The translations under genes were made by a program, and so were the position numbers. From Aplysia californica (lineage: Eukaryota), in assembly GCF_000002075.1 (NCBI RefSeq), contig NW_004797353.1, positions 279,677 through 343,676 on the forward strand: a DNA stretch of 64,000 bases, given 5' to 3'. Numbering within the stretch: position 1 is the stretch's first letter; every line of letters starts with the position of its first letter. The notes beneath the pieces were generated by a model, which did not search any database, was not told the origin of the DNA, and worked only from the letters and a program-made list of their open reading frames with translations. Of the stretch, positions 47,755 to 62,026 are shown one piece after another.

Positions 47755-48650
47755 TCTGTTAGCAGGGAAGCGTAGCAGGTACAGCTAAGTGCTCACACAT
47801 GTCCAAGAGATCTTGCTTTAGATCAGCACTGAGATCAAAGTCTCTATGTGAGTAAATGTCATCCAGGAGATGTGGTAAGATAGCATCATAGTCAAGAGTT
47901 GATAAGAATTTCTTAGAAATGTTGTGTATGTGAATGCATACACCTCCATATACATCATGCAAATGAGCAGGGATCACAGTGAAATTTTTCGCCAACCCCT
48001 GAACTTTGACGGTTGATCTGATAGACTTCAGTAAATATTGTGCCCCCCCTTCCACATCAGTTTAAAAAATACTGGATGGGGAGCGACTTCCTTCATTTAA
48101 GCATGAAATCCACAGTGCACACCTCTCATGTGTAAGCAGCTGAATCGGTCAGGATGGGGCCTAAGTTTGTCAACGGAATTTCATCTTCTCTGAGTTTTAC
48201 CATGATAGCATTGAAAACAGTTTCACCACATACCAGTCAGTTCTATGGCACCGTACAAATGGGTCACACTTTTTTGTAATACATTAGAGAAGTAGCATGA
48301 CAAATTGACATTATAGATTTGGCCTGGTTTGACAAGAAGGACATTGTCGATGAGTGTGTCTTTGAGAAGCTTGAAAACAATTTATTATTATGAAATTATA
48401 AAAGACATGTCAGATTTGAAGAAAAGGGCATTGGGTGAAAATCTATAAATTAGACCCATGTGTCAATTTTAAGCCGACATCTCCATTTACAGAATGTAAA
48501 AAGTAACCTTTTGTTAGCATGCCTCACATTCTGATGCCAAAGTCATAATTTTTCTAATTGAGAAAGCGTTTGCTCATTTTCTATGAGAGAGCATATATCT
48601 TCAGAGAAAATCTATCAGATCAAACTTTAATTGTTTATCTTTGATGGGCT
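47755..48650 (-). pseudogene. Second, more decayed hAT transposase fragment from a related family
   Basis: Broken reading SCYFSN...THLYGAIEL..GETVFNAIMVKLREDEIPLTNL..ILTDSAAY.MRG...HLHDVYGGVCIHIHN...DIYSHRDFDLSAD is colinear with the 44961-46469 protein. Confidence 0.65.
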
Positions 48651-51428
48651 TCTCTTGAAAGTGGTTTTAATGGGCTCACATGTTTGATTCAAAGAAAGCC
48701 CATGGTAAAACAATAATTATTCATAGTTGTCAAAAAGCTCATTGACTGGCTCCCAGGAATAACTGACAGTGGTGAACGAGGAATTACTGGTGGCTCTATC
48801 AAACCACATGTCGGGGGGCAGCAGCTCGAGTATCGTAGCTCGTGATTTTGGCGAAAATCAAAAGCGCTGAGAAAGGGCGCTTGCTATGTAAAAATCTCAA
48901 GAATTGTGGGTTTATTTAGTGAAAATATTGGTCAAATTTAAATCTAATACTGTTGATGGATATGTGGTGAAAAATCAGCTTTTTGTTCCTATCTTAAAAT
49001 TTGAAAAACTCACGTTATGATAGTTGTGCTGCTAACTTGGGATGTTAACGGTACCTTGTCCTGCTGTTGCTGTCCAATTTCTTCGCAAGATATTACACTG
49101 TTGTTACTAGTGTTACTCTAATATGACCACAGCCTATGTACGTCTGCTCTGAGGTGCAATTATTTTGCAGTAAGTTCAGTAACGGTTTTCAGAGCAAATG
49201 CCTGTACTCTTCAAAGTTGGTTGCAGAGTAGAAAGCAGATACAACACTCAGATGAATATGTTGCTTCCAATTTCACTGGCCTTTTTTTCATAATGTTTGG
49301 CATTTTCTTTTTTTCATCCACATTTATCCACATGGCTTTTCCATTCACTTTTAATTGAAATGACAAAGCTTATGAGAGGAAAAATATTGAGAGATATCTC
49401 AAATATGAATTGTTTGTTTGATGGGGCCGAATGTTGCATGTTTGATGGCCTGAAGTGATTGTTGTTTACCCATTTGACTTTTACATAAAATAAAATATCA
49501 TTATGCAACTGTACAGTAGACTTTAAACGTTTGTGGCAATGCCAGTACTTGTTTTTACCCATCCAGTCCTATGATATTTCTTATGCAGGGTGTTCCAAAA
49601 TGATGTGTGGGATAGTCTGGTACACAGTTCTTCTTTAGTCCAGCTTAAATATGGGCGTTACTTACTTTTTTTAACTGATTTAGTCTTTATTTTATTTTTA
49701 CTTTTACTCTATGGTATTTATTTGGCCACTCAAAACGAAGCCGAAATGAATAAAAATTTAATTCTAAAATGTTCTTTGAAAAGAGGTTTATCCACCATCA
49801 GTTTCACATTGTATGGGCAGAGCAAGGGGGCGATAGGCAATTTTGATTGATAGAAGAAAGGGTAACAAATCTTTGGTTTGTCCAGTAAATGTTGATGGCA
49901 GTTTTCGGGTTGCATTTTGACTGGGGGACAGAAATTGTATTTTGTTAAGACAAACAAAAACAAAAGTACCCAGAAACAGCAAAATTTTCAAAACAATTAG
50001 AAAACATGTATGGTCAAAACACCCCACTTTCTGTCACTCATGACAGGTTAAATAATCAAGACAACAAAGATAAAAATTAATAAGAAAAAATGTTTATTCA
50101 TGATGGAAAAATGGACAAAGTGTCATGTTCAAGCGCTTTCCGTATCTCCTATCTAAACAAGAATAGAAAAGTCAGAGCTCAACTTCTCAAATTGTACTCA
50201 TATTCGTGAACTGAGGGTAAGTTCTGAAGTCAAACAAATAACTCTATACGGTACAATATTTAGTAAGATTGCAACAGTCAACTTATTTGTTAATGGTGCC
50301 TAGTGAACTACAAAAGTCAGATTATGCCAAGCTTACAAGAAGCCAATATATGTTCCTAACAGATAATCTAAACAATATCTCTTGTCATCTTTCATAAATG
50401 GGTGTAAGGGTAAGACTTACTTTAGATCCGAATTTCTACAAAGGAAAAAAAAATATAATTTTAATGTTCCACCTTCACTAATAACTAAAAGTTAAGTAAA
50501 GGAGAAAAAATTTCATCAAATAATTATTGATACTAAACTGACAAATATTGAAAAGAATAGGCAAATCAGACATTTGACAATATCCATGTTCACATTCAGG
50601 AATAATAAAATCTTAAATTTTGAAAAGAATTAAACAAATCATTTAAAAATATTCATAATTGACATTCAAACATTTAGGAATTATGTAAAATCAGTTAAAA
50701 ATCGCACTTATAAACTACAAAATAAATCCTACCATGAGCATCTTAAATAACTTCTCTCAAATCTATGAAACCTTCTTTCTTTGGCTCAATTTTTAAAAAG
50801 AGAACCTATGAAGGACATTTTTGTCCATAGAGCTTTTGATTCAAATATAATGCATATATATTATATTCAAATCTCAAAGAAATTAACATTAATTATTGGG
50901 ATTTTTCCTAAACTTATAGTCGAACAAATGTTTATAGGCTATAAAAGATTTTATAAGGGAAAATTGCCTTATTTTAGGGTTTAAAAAAATTGAAACTTTA
51001 AAATAAAGAATTATCAGTTCACAATCCGTCACTGAAAGGCTGTGTTTGCAAGTGCCTGCAGGTTGTCATGTACATGTATTCAATTGTGTCAAAAATCTGC
51101 TAAATGTTTTTTAGAAAAATAAACATTAATTATTGTCACTTTTACAGAAACTTTTCTGCACATTGTATGAGATTTGCTGCAATACACATGAGTTGAAACT
51201 CCACTGCAGGCCAGTTCAAGTACAATTTTTACTTTTCAGAAAAAAAGGTTAGGATAAAATTATAAAAAACACAAAAGTACTACATCTTTACAAAGACATG
51301 GGAAAAAATTGTAGCCCATTCACTGGAGCAATGAATGTAACATCGAAATAGAAAAATGAAAGCATTACATGTACAGAATATTACCACAAAGCTTTGATAA
51401 CACATTGCCAAGACCAACCATCTGTACT

Positions 51429-54400
51429 TTAAGTATGTCGAGCTTCATCCAACTGGCGCTGCAACTCTTGGGAGCAAATTCTTGCTTGTTCGCTAGAAAT
51501 GGGAAAGTTAGGAAAGGAGAAAAATAATAGAGGGAATGCTTTTTTAAAAAGTTTTTTTTTTAATTTACAAAATAAAAATTAATTCAAAGCAGGTGCCGTG
51601 GTATACATTTATTTTAAACACCCTTTCAATTTCAACAGTGTGAGGTTTTAGTGGGTCCTCCGAATATGACGTCCATCTCTGATAGGACCAGGGCAAGTGA
51701 GTGCAAAGCATTTTAAAACACTTCAAAACAACTTAAGTTAAAGAACACCCTTTCGGGGATGTGAACCAGAGCCAACCCCACATTGTCCAGCATGACACCA
51801 ACTGAATAAGCTAACAGAGCGCCCAAACAAGAGTCAGTGGCCAATACTAAGTAGAGAATTGACCTGTGTGTGAAAAAGGAAAAAGAAACCCTATCCTCTG
51901 CATAATAGTTCAGAGAGGTGAGAGGAGACAAGCTTAGTCTTTGAGAAATGAAAACACATTAGAATAAGGGGTGAGTTATATTTATCAGAGGTGCCAATTA
52001 ATCATTTTTTATTGTCTAATAATTAAATTTTGCACAAATTGTATCAAGACGGTTTTCTTATGGAGTGCAATATGACATGCTTGAAATAAAAATGGACAAA
52101 CAGGTGCTAAATACTACAACTACAACACACAAAAAATCTTATTTCAGAGGTATTCGGAAAATGGGATTTTAAAATAATTATATTACAACTTTCTGAATGA
52201 TGAAAAAAATTTAAGATCCAAATCATAGGGCATACCGGGAGGTACAGTCAGAGGCAATTCTTCCCACATGCAGGAACAGTTAAGAACTTAAGACTTCAGT
52301 ATGTGTTACAGGCACAATTTTAAAAATCAAACTTGAGGGAGGGGGAATCAAAAGAGATTTATTTGTATCTCTTTGATGATCTAACTCATTGAGGATGGCC
52401 ATTCTGGGTGTACTGTTTTGGAGCACTTGGAAGGAGCGTAACTTCATTGTCCATACAGATTTTTAACTTGTTGTTCTTTTTCTTAAAATTTAAAAGGCAG
52501 ATAATAAACTGCATAGACACCTACTCAGAAATGTACAAATTCTTGTTTAGTTGTTGATGGTTCAAATGTGTCGCAACATTGCCTTTGGTAAGCTGCTGGT
52601 CGAACGTGTTTGCTATGCCCATACATAAAGAGTTAATCAAACACAAAAGCCACAAGACAACAATAAACCCCTCTCAAGTTAGGGAAGTAATTGGATCAAA
52701 CATCACTGAATATTCAATTTACAGATCTTCCTCTATACTATACATGAGGTATATATGTCCGCTGAGAAACTGGTATTGGTGGTATATTATGCAAAATCAC
52801 TTACACACCCTGACGTCCATTTAAGTAGACTTTAAATAAACTGGCACTATCACGTTCCCCAAGGGATGAAAAGGATTGAATTTGCGTGACCGATCACTCA
52901 CCGATAGGGTCCCTGTTGCTCACTTGTCATTGCCCTCCAGGCCTGTCCCATCATCTTGCTGATGACAGACGTGTGAATGCCAGGGTTCTCTCTGACATAG
53001 ATTTTAGAGCTTTATCAATACCATATTAAAATGTATTATACAGGCATCTAAAAAAAAAGAAGAAAAGACCGAAAAATCAATTTGCGCAATTCAGAAGGGG
53101 TCTTATAACCTCACTCCACCCTGTTGAAGGTTCTTTAAAGTTTAAAGTCCTATTTTGGACCGATCCTTTAACTCACATGAATGGGCATATATACTTCTGG
53201 ACTGATGCTGACAGCTGCTGTTAAGTTCAAGTCCCTCACAAGGAACTCTTGACAGTGGGCTTCTTGAGTTTTCATGACTTTTCATATCCTTCTGGCTTTG
53301 TCTTGTTACAGACAAAATATTAAAACAGGGTGTCCATCTTCTAAAAAATGAATTAACATTTGTGAAAGGGACACTAAATTTACATCTTACCATTATATAC
53401 AAGGCTTTTGTAACGCAAGGGTCAAGTGAAATCCAGCTAAAACGCAAAACGATGTCAGCCCTATCATCATAATCTGTTCAACCTGAGCAGTCACCAGCTG
53501 CATCTCTCAAGTAAAAATGCTTATCATTCAAAAGAAATATGGTGAGCTATTTTAACCAACACAATTAAAATCAAAACCCTATAATGGTTGCCAACCACCC
53601 TCAAAAAACCCTTCCAGAAATGGTTGAACAGTCGACTCCGTTTATTGTGCTGAACTTGCTTGAGTTGATCTTCGGTTAAGTTGATTTTTTTTCGGGCCCC
53701 ACAGGTTCTGACGGTTCAGTTGAATTTCGGATGAGTTGACTGTTTTTTTCAATCCTCCGACGACATCAACTCATCCGTAGACGATTGTGGCTGTTTTTTC
53801 AACTGCTTTGACGCAATTTGTATAACTAAAGAGACAGACTATTTCATCCCTGCCTGTCAGGGCCAATATAATACATATATATATATATATATGTGCAAGC
53901 CCAGCTTTGAATACACTATCAAGCTCAAGGGAGGACGTTTATTTGCTATCTCGCCGAATACCTTTCTTACCCAGAAGACAGAAGAAAATCGTACCACAAA
54001 AAAATGACACGAACACTAGGAACAGATTCTATCTTCTTAGATAACTCAGCTAGTTTGTTCAAATTTTAACACAAAGTAGAACTTATATAAATGCAAACCT
54101 AATGAACCGCTTCCTATGCAAACGGCTGTACATCATGAATCCATTCATCCATGAAGACTTTCTCAGATCAAGCTTAGAAGATGTCACCGAAGCTTCTCTG
54201 ATTATGGAGTTTGATGCTTGGACCAACTCACTCTTGGTTCTGAAGACAGTTTCAACACAGGAGTTCAAAGGGGAATAGTACATGTATATTACAAAATTTA
54301 CAATAGCATATTAAAGTACTCATGGAAGAGTATCAAATTCTTTTCTTTCTCAAAGAAAGAATCAATAATATCCTTGGCCCATATGAAAGGCTGAATATAT

Positions 54401-57400
54401 CTAGAACCATTAACACAAGAAAGCAGCTTAACATAAAGACAAAATATTTTACTTTCAAGGCAAAGCAAATGTTCATAATTTTATATATACCAAACATAAA
54501 AGGGAGACTTGGTATTAAAAATTAAACTATAAAAAATGAAAACCAACTAAATAATTAAAACGCTGAGCGGTTCTTTGGCTCAAAATCGAGAGTGTATAGA
54601 TTGAAAATTTTCGTTTGAATCTTATTATATATAAGACTACATTCTAATGATATTGAACAATTTTAACTCTTCAAAAGAATGCCGACAGACCCAATGACTA
54701 ATCTTTTATAATACAGATGAAAAGGGAATAAGATTCAAGGATAAAGAAGGACAGAAAAAAGGATGTAAGCCCACCAAGTCGGCAATGAAATGTAATAATA
54801 AAAATAATAATATTAATAATGAAGATCATTTCTTTCGCGCCCACTCCCGTGTAAACACAGCTCTGGGCGCTTTACATCATGCACGAACAACATTCACGCA
54901 CGCGACACTAGTCACGGCAGAACAATTTCTCTTGACTTTGGTGGACATTCGGTGCTATTTAACCAGAAAATAGTATAATTTATAACTGTACCACCAGCCC
55001 AGCTATACCACCAACTTCATGCTCGTCCCACACTTGGTGGTATAACGGCATTTGACTGAAGGCAACGTAAAGTATTAGAAACACACAGAGGAACAGCAAC
55101 ACTTACATTGGCTCATCTCTGGGGTTTGTCTTGGATGATGAAACAGACTCCGAAGATACAACTTCTTCAAAGTTTCCAACAATGAAGGGAGTGCTTCCTT
55201 GTGCCAGTGCTAGACAGAAAAAGAATTGTACTTCAAGAAAACGCTAAAATATAAAACACTAAAAAAAAAATCTTAATACACGTACACATGAGTATCAACA
55301 TCTAAAATGGGAATAACTGCCACATCAAACTTTCAAAAATTAAACCTTTGTCACTGAATCATCTAAAAGTGCAATCTTAAAGATAGTATGGGGAAGGTAG
55401 TGAAATTCCACACCAAACTTTATAAATTTCAGCGTGAGCTGCATATTTTGGGAAATTCCTATCTAAATTATTTTTTTTTAATATATCCGCAACAATTTCA
55501 ATTTGCATCACTGTAGAACTTTCCAACGCAGGTAATGGCATTTATTTCCAAGATTTTTAAAATTTTGCGTTCCATTTCAAAATTCTCATTTTGGTAGAGA
55601 TGAAGGATTGGAAATAGGAAAACAGACAAATCAAATAAAAATGAGTTAAGTGTTGAGTATAGAAATGGGAGGGAAAAAAACAAACACACTGAAAACATAA
55701 ACATAATAAAGAACATTTTTCTCAAAGTTCAATGTCAAACAGATTGTAGGGTGTACAAGTGCTGTGCGTCTGGAATTCCCCATTACACGACACATCACAT
55801 CCCATGGATAAAACCATGCCTTCATAACAGAAACACATATTTTTTCTCTGAACAGCTGTGACCCCTTTCCATATTAACATAGCTTTGCAGAATTCCCTTC
55901 AGAAACTACAAAATACACAAGTAGGTTCCAACGATTTACATCATTGGACATTAATATATAGCTGGCAAGAATACTGAGTAAGCATATTATACATGAACAG
56001 TCCTAACAAAAACTTGGGTTGAAGCAATTTCTCAAGACGTTTAAACATGCCATGCACAACCCCCCAGAGCTGGGGATTTTATGGAAATTTAATTAGCTAT
56101 TCCTGTGGCACCTTAACTCTTCAAACAACAGCCTGTGCCAGCAACAATTTTTCCCCTCAGAACTACTTGTATCTATTTCCTTCAATGACAAAATTTTAAA
56201 TAGAGAGTTTTACTAATAATTATAGCCATGACAACTATTCATTCCGACATGGCAATACCCTTTTATATAAAAGGATAAAAGTGGCTGTTAACAACAAAGC
56301 CTGAAAACTTTGAAGGACTTCAGTGCAAGCAAAAACAAACAGAAAAATTGTGGAATTCTTTCCTTGACATTAAATGTAAGAAAGTATATAATACCGAACA
56401 AATGGCAAGCCAGAAAATTTTTTAAAGCAGGAAACGTCTCCTGCTGGAACATGTATATCCCCGTCATACAGGAGTCTTCGGGTACATAACAAAGAATACT
56501 TTCCTTTTTATCATACTGGATTGTCTGAACTTTACTTTTTGGGTGATTGGAAGGTATCATCTTCTTCTTTGCCCAATGTAGTTTTCCGTCTTGTCCTACA
56601 ATTAAATACCCGTCATCACGTTGCTTCAACTTCTAGTCTCTTCTCAAAACACAGAAACACAGACAATCGAACTGAGCCATTGATGATTTATTTATAGTCA
56701 CCAACCACCCGTCCTTTGGTGCTGTTTAAGCCTTTTTATCCCTGTCTTTCACTTTATTCTTCCTTCCTTGCTTATAAGTCGAGTATTTTTTCACCAGAAA
56801 TTTACCCATACAACTTATGTAGCAACAGCACAGCTTCCAACACCTTCACCTACCAATGACAGCGGTATTGTGATAAAAATAAACTGCAGCTACCTGCTTC
56901 ATTTCGATCATACACCACCCATCCCGGCACACCAGCTCCCTGGTGGGCGACTTCTCCAAGGATCTCCATCCAGTTGGTGACGTTGACCAGTGCGGTTCTC
57001 TTAGGACTCATCTGTTTTCGTTTTTTGACACGAGATGACGACTGCACATCAATCTGCACAGGTACATTCACCTCAGAGACGGCATGTGGAGTGAATTCAG
57101 GAACCACCTGCTCAGAAACCTTAAAAAAAACAAAAGTATTTTTTTGAAAATTTGTGAAGCTTACATATCACCTTTGCCAGTACAACAATCTAAAAGGCGC
57201 TGTACAGAATCTTGCAGAGAGAGAAAGAAGAACAGGAGAATTATTGAACTCGTCAGCAGAGAAATTCAAACATGTTCTTTCATGTCTTTATTCTTCAACA
57301 CCATACGTGAGACTAACATACATAACCAAGGCACGAGCGCCGTAAAACCTTATACTATACATACTACTAACCAAGGCAACAATGAATACAAATGCATGAG

Positions 57401-60400
57401 AAAAAGAAACACGCATTCCTAACCAAAAAAAGTTATTAGCGCAGCGCAGCCAGAAAACGCCATGGGTTACCTGTTCCATTTGTTCTTTCAGTTCCTGCTT
57501 GATCGTAGCTAGTGGAAGAATCTGGTCAGGCGACACAGTGGTGAGTGTGTTCATCAGGTCGTTTGGCTGATCTTGCATTAGGCTGTGGTCACACTTGATA
57601 CCCACATCCTGCTTTACCTGAAACAAAAACGGAACGGAGGGAGGGGGGTGTTAATCTCTAAGCACGTATCACCGAGTGTAGAGATGCATGTGAAACAGCT
57701 GTAGCATGCATACGCTGTTCAGATAAGAGCACTTTAAAAACTTAAAGGGGGGGGGGTGAAAAAAACACCAAACAAAAGTTCTACAAATTATGAACTCCAT
57801 ATTCTGATATGACCAATCCTTGTTAACTAGCACACTGCGAGGACATCAAACCAGGGCATACTGGCCTACCTGAGACATGTTCGGAGACAAATCTGGGCTG
57901 CCGAGCCACTTCACTTCTGGGACGTCCATCACCTACAAACAGATCCATCGAAACATAACTCATTTTGATTTCAAGATGACATGTTCACATTCATTCTAAA
58001 AGACATCAGAATCAAGCTTACCCCCGACGAATAAGGTGCCTGAATCATGCAGCTTGCTACTCCTCATCTACTTCTTTCCTCATATATATTTTTCTCTACC
58101 CATTTTAGATCAATATAAACGCCATTTAACAAAAAGAAAAAGACTAATTAAATTCACATAAAACATCATACCCCCTTTAAATTGGCACATCAAATCTATG
58201 CTCTTTTCTAAACAAAGCCATTAGCTTTATAACATACCGTAATCTAGGTCACTGTGCCATTGAGACCTTGAGTTTGCAGCCAGTGACATATCTTTTCTTG
58301 CCAAAACTAAAACTAAACCAAAGTAAGAAAAATATTTTTGGGGAAGAGTCCAGACTAAAAAATAGCCCACTTCCATCGTACAGAAAAAATGGAGATGTGA
58401 GATATGACATTGTACTCACTTCAAACGTCGAGGAAGGAAGTTCAAACATAGCATTGTCATACTGAGTGTCACCAAGGAAAGTATCCAGATTTCCTGAAAA
58501 TAATAAAAGAAAACAAAATCTGCAAGAATGTTTTTTTAATGCCCCGTTTCTTTTTGCAAGCACCTTTAAAATAGAAGAAGCGAGAAAGGAGGAGAAAAGT
58601 GCTGCACAATATACTTCCACCACTACCAACAAAGTGAGAAGCACCTAGAAGTTCGGGGAAAATAGCAATCTCGGAAGAAAAAAAAAGCAATAGGAACGTA
58701 TGAAACATTAGCTCTTGTCCACGTGAATGTCACACCAAGAGCAATAAGAACAAGAGCTGGCAATTACAAGTGAAAGAAAAAGTCCAGATTACATAATATA
58801 TTCTTTTCTATTTCTAGTTAGGCAACTGCAAATATCAGACGATGTAGTTTCATACAGTTGAGGACTTAAAATTATTATCATTTTATAAGTATAAATTAAT
58901 CTTATCTTAAAATCATTGACGAAACAAACACACAAATATAATATCTTTTTTACCTGGTTCTCCGATCACAATTTCTTCAGAGGGCAGGACAAAATCGGGA
59001 AAGGGACCATCCACTGAATCATTCACCTCCACAGAATAGTTGGATGACGGGACGGCCGAATCCTGGGAATCATCATTCAGACCAGATTCGTAATACCCTG
59101 ACACTCTCAGGTCCGAGCTTCCCGTCAGTGAATCCGTGGTCGAGTCGATTGTCGGGGACGACAGTTTCAGACGTCGTGAAAGACTGGGTACGGACACTTC
59201 ACTGTCCTTCTGGGTTCACACACAACAGGAAAAAAATGTACAAGGAAAAGAGAACAAACATTTAAAAAACGATGTACTTCCCTGCACCATTCTTTATTTT
59301 TTCAACACAAAAAGAAATCTTATTCTAATGTACTAATTTCACAAAGTCCCTGCACCATGTGGTTATACTTGAGAGAACAAAAAAAAACCAATACAATAGT
59401 AAAAGTAAACCAAAATTTAAACCACTTGCTATATCCTTTATTTTATGTTATAAAAGAACGACACTAAACCAGAGTTGTGCACTTAACCATTGGATTGCAG
59501 CACAAGTTAGAAAACAGACTACAAAAGGACACGAAAAACACTAATTATCTAAATCAAGGTGCTGAAATTCCAAGAACAATCGTCGAAGAAAGGCGGGGAC
59601 ATGATAATAGTAATAATACAAGAAGAGGAATCTGCCCCCCAAAATGCCCCGAAGCGACAAGTGGAAATGATGACAGTGTGACGCATTCTACTTTGAGAAC
59701 ATAAAATTACGAAAGGGACTAGAGCATGGGTAAACAAACTTTTGTCAAAGAGGGCCGGATAACTATTTTGTTAAATGTACAATACAATGAATGCATAACT
59801 AATTGAAAGAGTTATATCATAAAGGATTAGCAAGAGCGTGATACATTAGCTAGAAGTTATGAAATTATATTCCATCATGTTTAATTTGGACTGCAGAGTT
59901 CAATGAGATGGTTAAATTATTTTGATGACCAAGACCTGATCACGCTGCAAACATCTTCCAAATATTTTTCCCGCATGGTAATTAGGCAACCAACCTTGCA
60001 GGCCATAGTTTGGTGGTCACTAGACGAGACTAAAGGAGCCAACCGTGGCCATGAGTGAATTCTCTTCACTTGTGGGGCCAGTTTTAAAGGAATTTGTTCT
60101 GATAGATAGAAGCTAAAACATGTACATGTATACTGTGGTCACGCCAAGGCATGAAGCTGCCACAAAGTCACAAGAGATTTCTCATATATCATCTTTGCTA
60201 AAGTAACTCGAAACTGCCACAAAGACAAAAGAGATGTCTCATATTATATTATCTTTGCTAAAGTAACTCCAGACCATGTTCTCCGGGTATAGCCGTTCTG
60301 CAGTAACCTCACTGTGTCCAAGTGAACTTTTGTTTAAGTTATCAAAACGATTCAGGCATGCACTAAACCTTGAATCTTAAATTTTTTGGGGGGTCATATC

Positions 60401-61959
60401 CCTTAATCTTTAAATCAACCTTCCCCCTCTCCAAATCAACAAGATAACAATCCTAAAAGAGTCACCTCAAAAAGTCAAAAATCAAGTCCTGACAGACAAT
60501 TCATGACTCCAACTTTTGAGAGTTAAAGCCATGTGTCCTGACAATGACAACTAACAACTTGAACAAAGGGCGTGAGACAAAAATCTCCCGACATAATCAT
60601 TAACAGTTATTTTTCTTTTCTGTATATTCCAGTGCTCCTCATAGTGTGCCATATACTTCTGTAAAATAACAACAAAGCAGAGAAAAAAATGTAATACTGC
60701 AAGACTAAAAGTAAAAGGGGAGCAGGAATAAAAATACAGACAGTTTAACAAGATACTCACGCTATCATCGGAACTGAAGGTCACGAACTCTCTATTCCAC
60801 GTGCCTGAAAGAGAAAAATAATGAAGCAGGTTAAAGAATGAATAGATGAAACTAGAAAATCACAATAAGTCACATATACAGACTTAAAAATTAGTTATCG
60901 AGAGTACATTGTTCAACACCTGCCACATACTGACAGCATATACAAGCAAATGATTTAATAACAGGTTAAAAGTCTAGAGACTAATAAAAGAGTTAGTTTG
61001 GACGTGTGGCTCAACTTTTTGTAACACACATCGACGGCTAGCACATACAGTGGCATTATCATCATCATCCATTAAGCTCAACAATAAGACAAAGACAGAA
61101 AATAGTAGGCGGGTAGCTGTGGAGTGAAAATAAATAAGATCCTCTTCCTTTCTTTCTTCGTTCTCAGCTTTTTTTTCGGTCTGTCTTACTTTTTCTCTTC
61201 ACTAATTGATGTGGGTGGTTGGCGGGTGCTCTGGTGTGGTTTGCTTCTTCTTCCCTATAAAACATCTATCGCCCTTATCTCCCCTCTTCTTTTTTATGTT
61301 TGTTACTCTCTTGTAACATCTCTAATCTTCAGGCGCTCATATGACCTCATGCAGTTGCGAGCGCCGTAAAACCTCTACTAAAACTAAACTAAAACTCACT
61401 AATTGATCGTCATTGTGTATATGAGCTTCTCTTTGCCAAGACATACAAACGAACAAGAAAATACGGAGTTTGACCTTGCTACTCTACAGCATCTGACCTG
61501 CTTGTTCAATGTCTTGTACACTGGAGGTGAGGAGCAGGAGGTTAGGGTCTGCCTGTGTACCCAGCTCAGAACACATGAAGCGTACAGTGTTCTCCAGGTA
61601 GGCCATGTAGCTGATGATACGCTGCATCATCACAACCTGACAACACACGCACACGGAATGAATTTTATTCAGAATAATAATTTAAAACGTTACAAACTTT
61701 TGACACGGTTTCCAACTAAATCTGTCGGTCAAGCAAATTGCAAAAATGCGGTAGGTGAAGTCACTGAAAATTGTTCGTGTACCTTAGAATCATCTTGAAA
61801 AGCTGTAATATTTCTATTAAGACATCAAGTTTGTATAGAGCATTAACATTTTCAATAGAAAGTGAAGAAAGAGAAACACAAAAAAACAAGCAAAAGAAAG
61901 AAAGGATTAAAAAGTCTACTTTTGGAGAATATGAATATTTGCAGTTCTTTGTAATAATG

Positions 61960-62026
<67 letters not shown>

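Noticed and set aside
52902-54239. Calling the HMG gene HBP1 or SOX
   Set aside because: It lacks the RPMNAFM signature and any recognisable AXH domain, and an upstream bHLH joins in frame.
60551-60658. Possible extra exon of the bHLH-HMG gene (KYMAHYEEHWNIQK...)
   Set aside because: It has a good phase-0 acceptor but no convincing donor before the stop. The flanking exons join in frame without it, so it is left unresolved.
5769-61395. CRISPR or other prokaryotic interpretation of the recurring repeats
   Set aside because: The repeats are dispersed, have TSDs and lie in spliceosomal introns. There is no repeat-spacer array.
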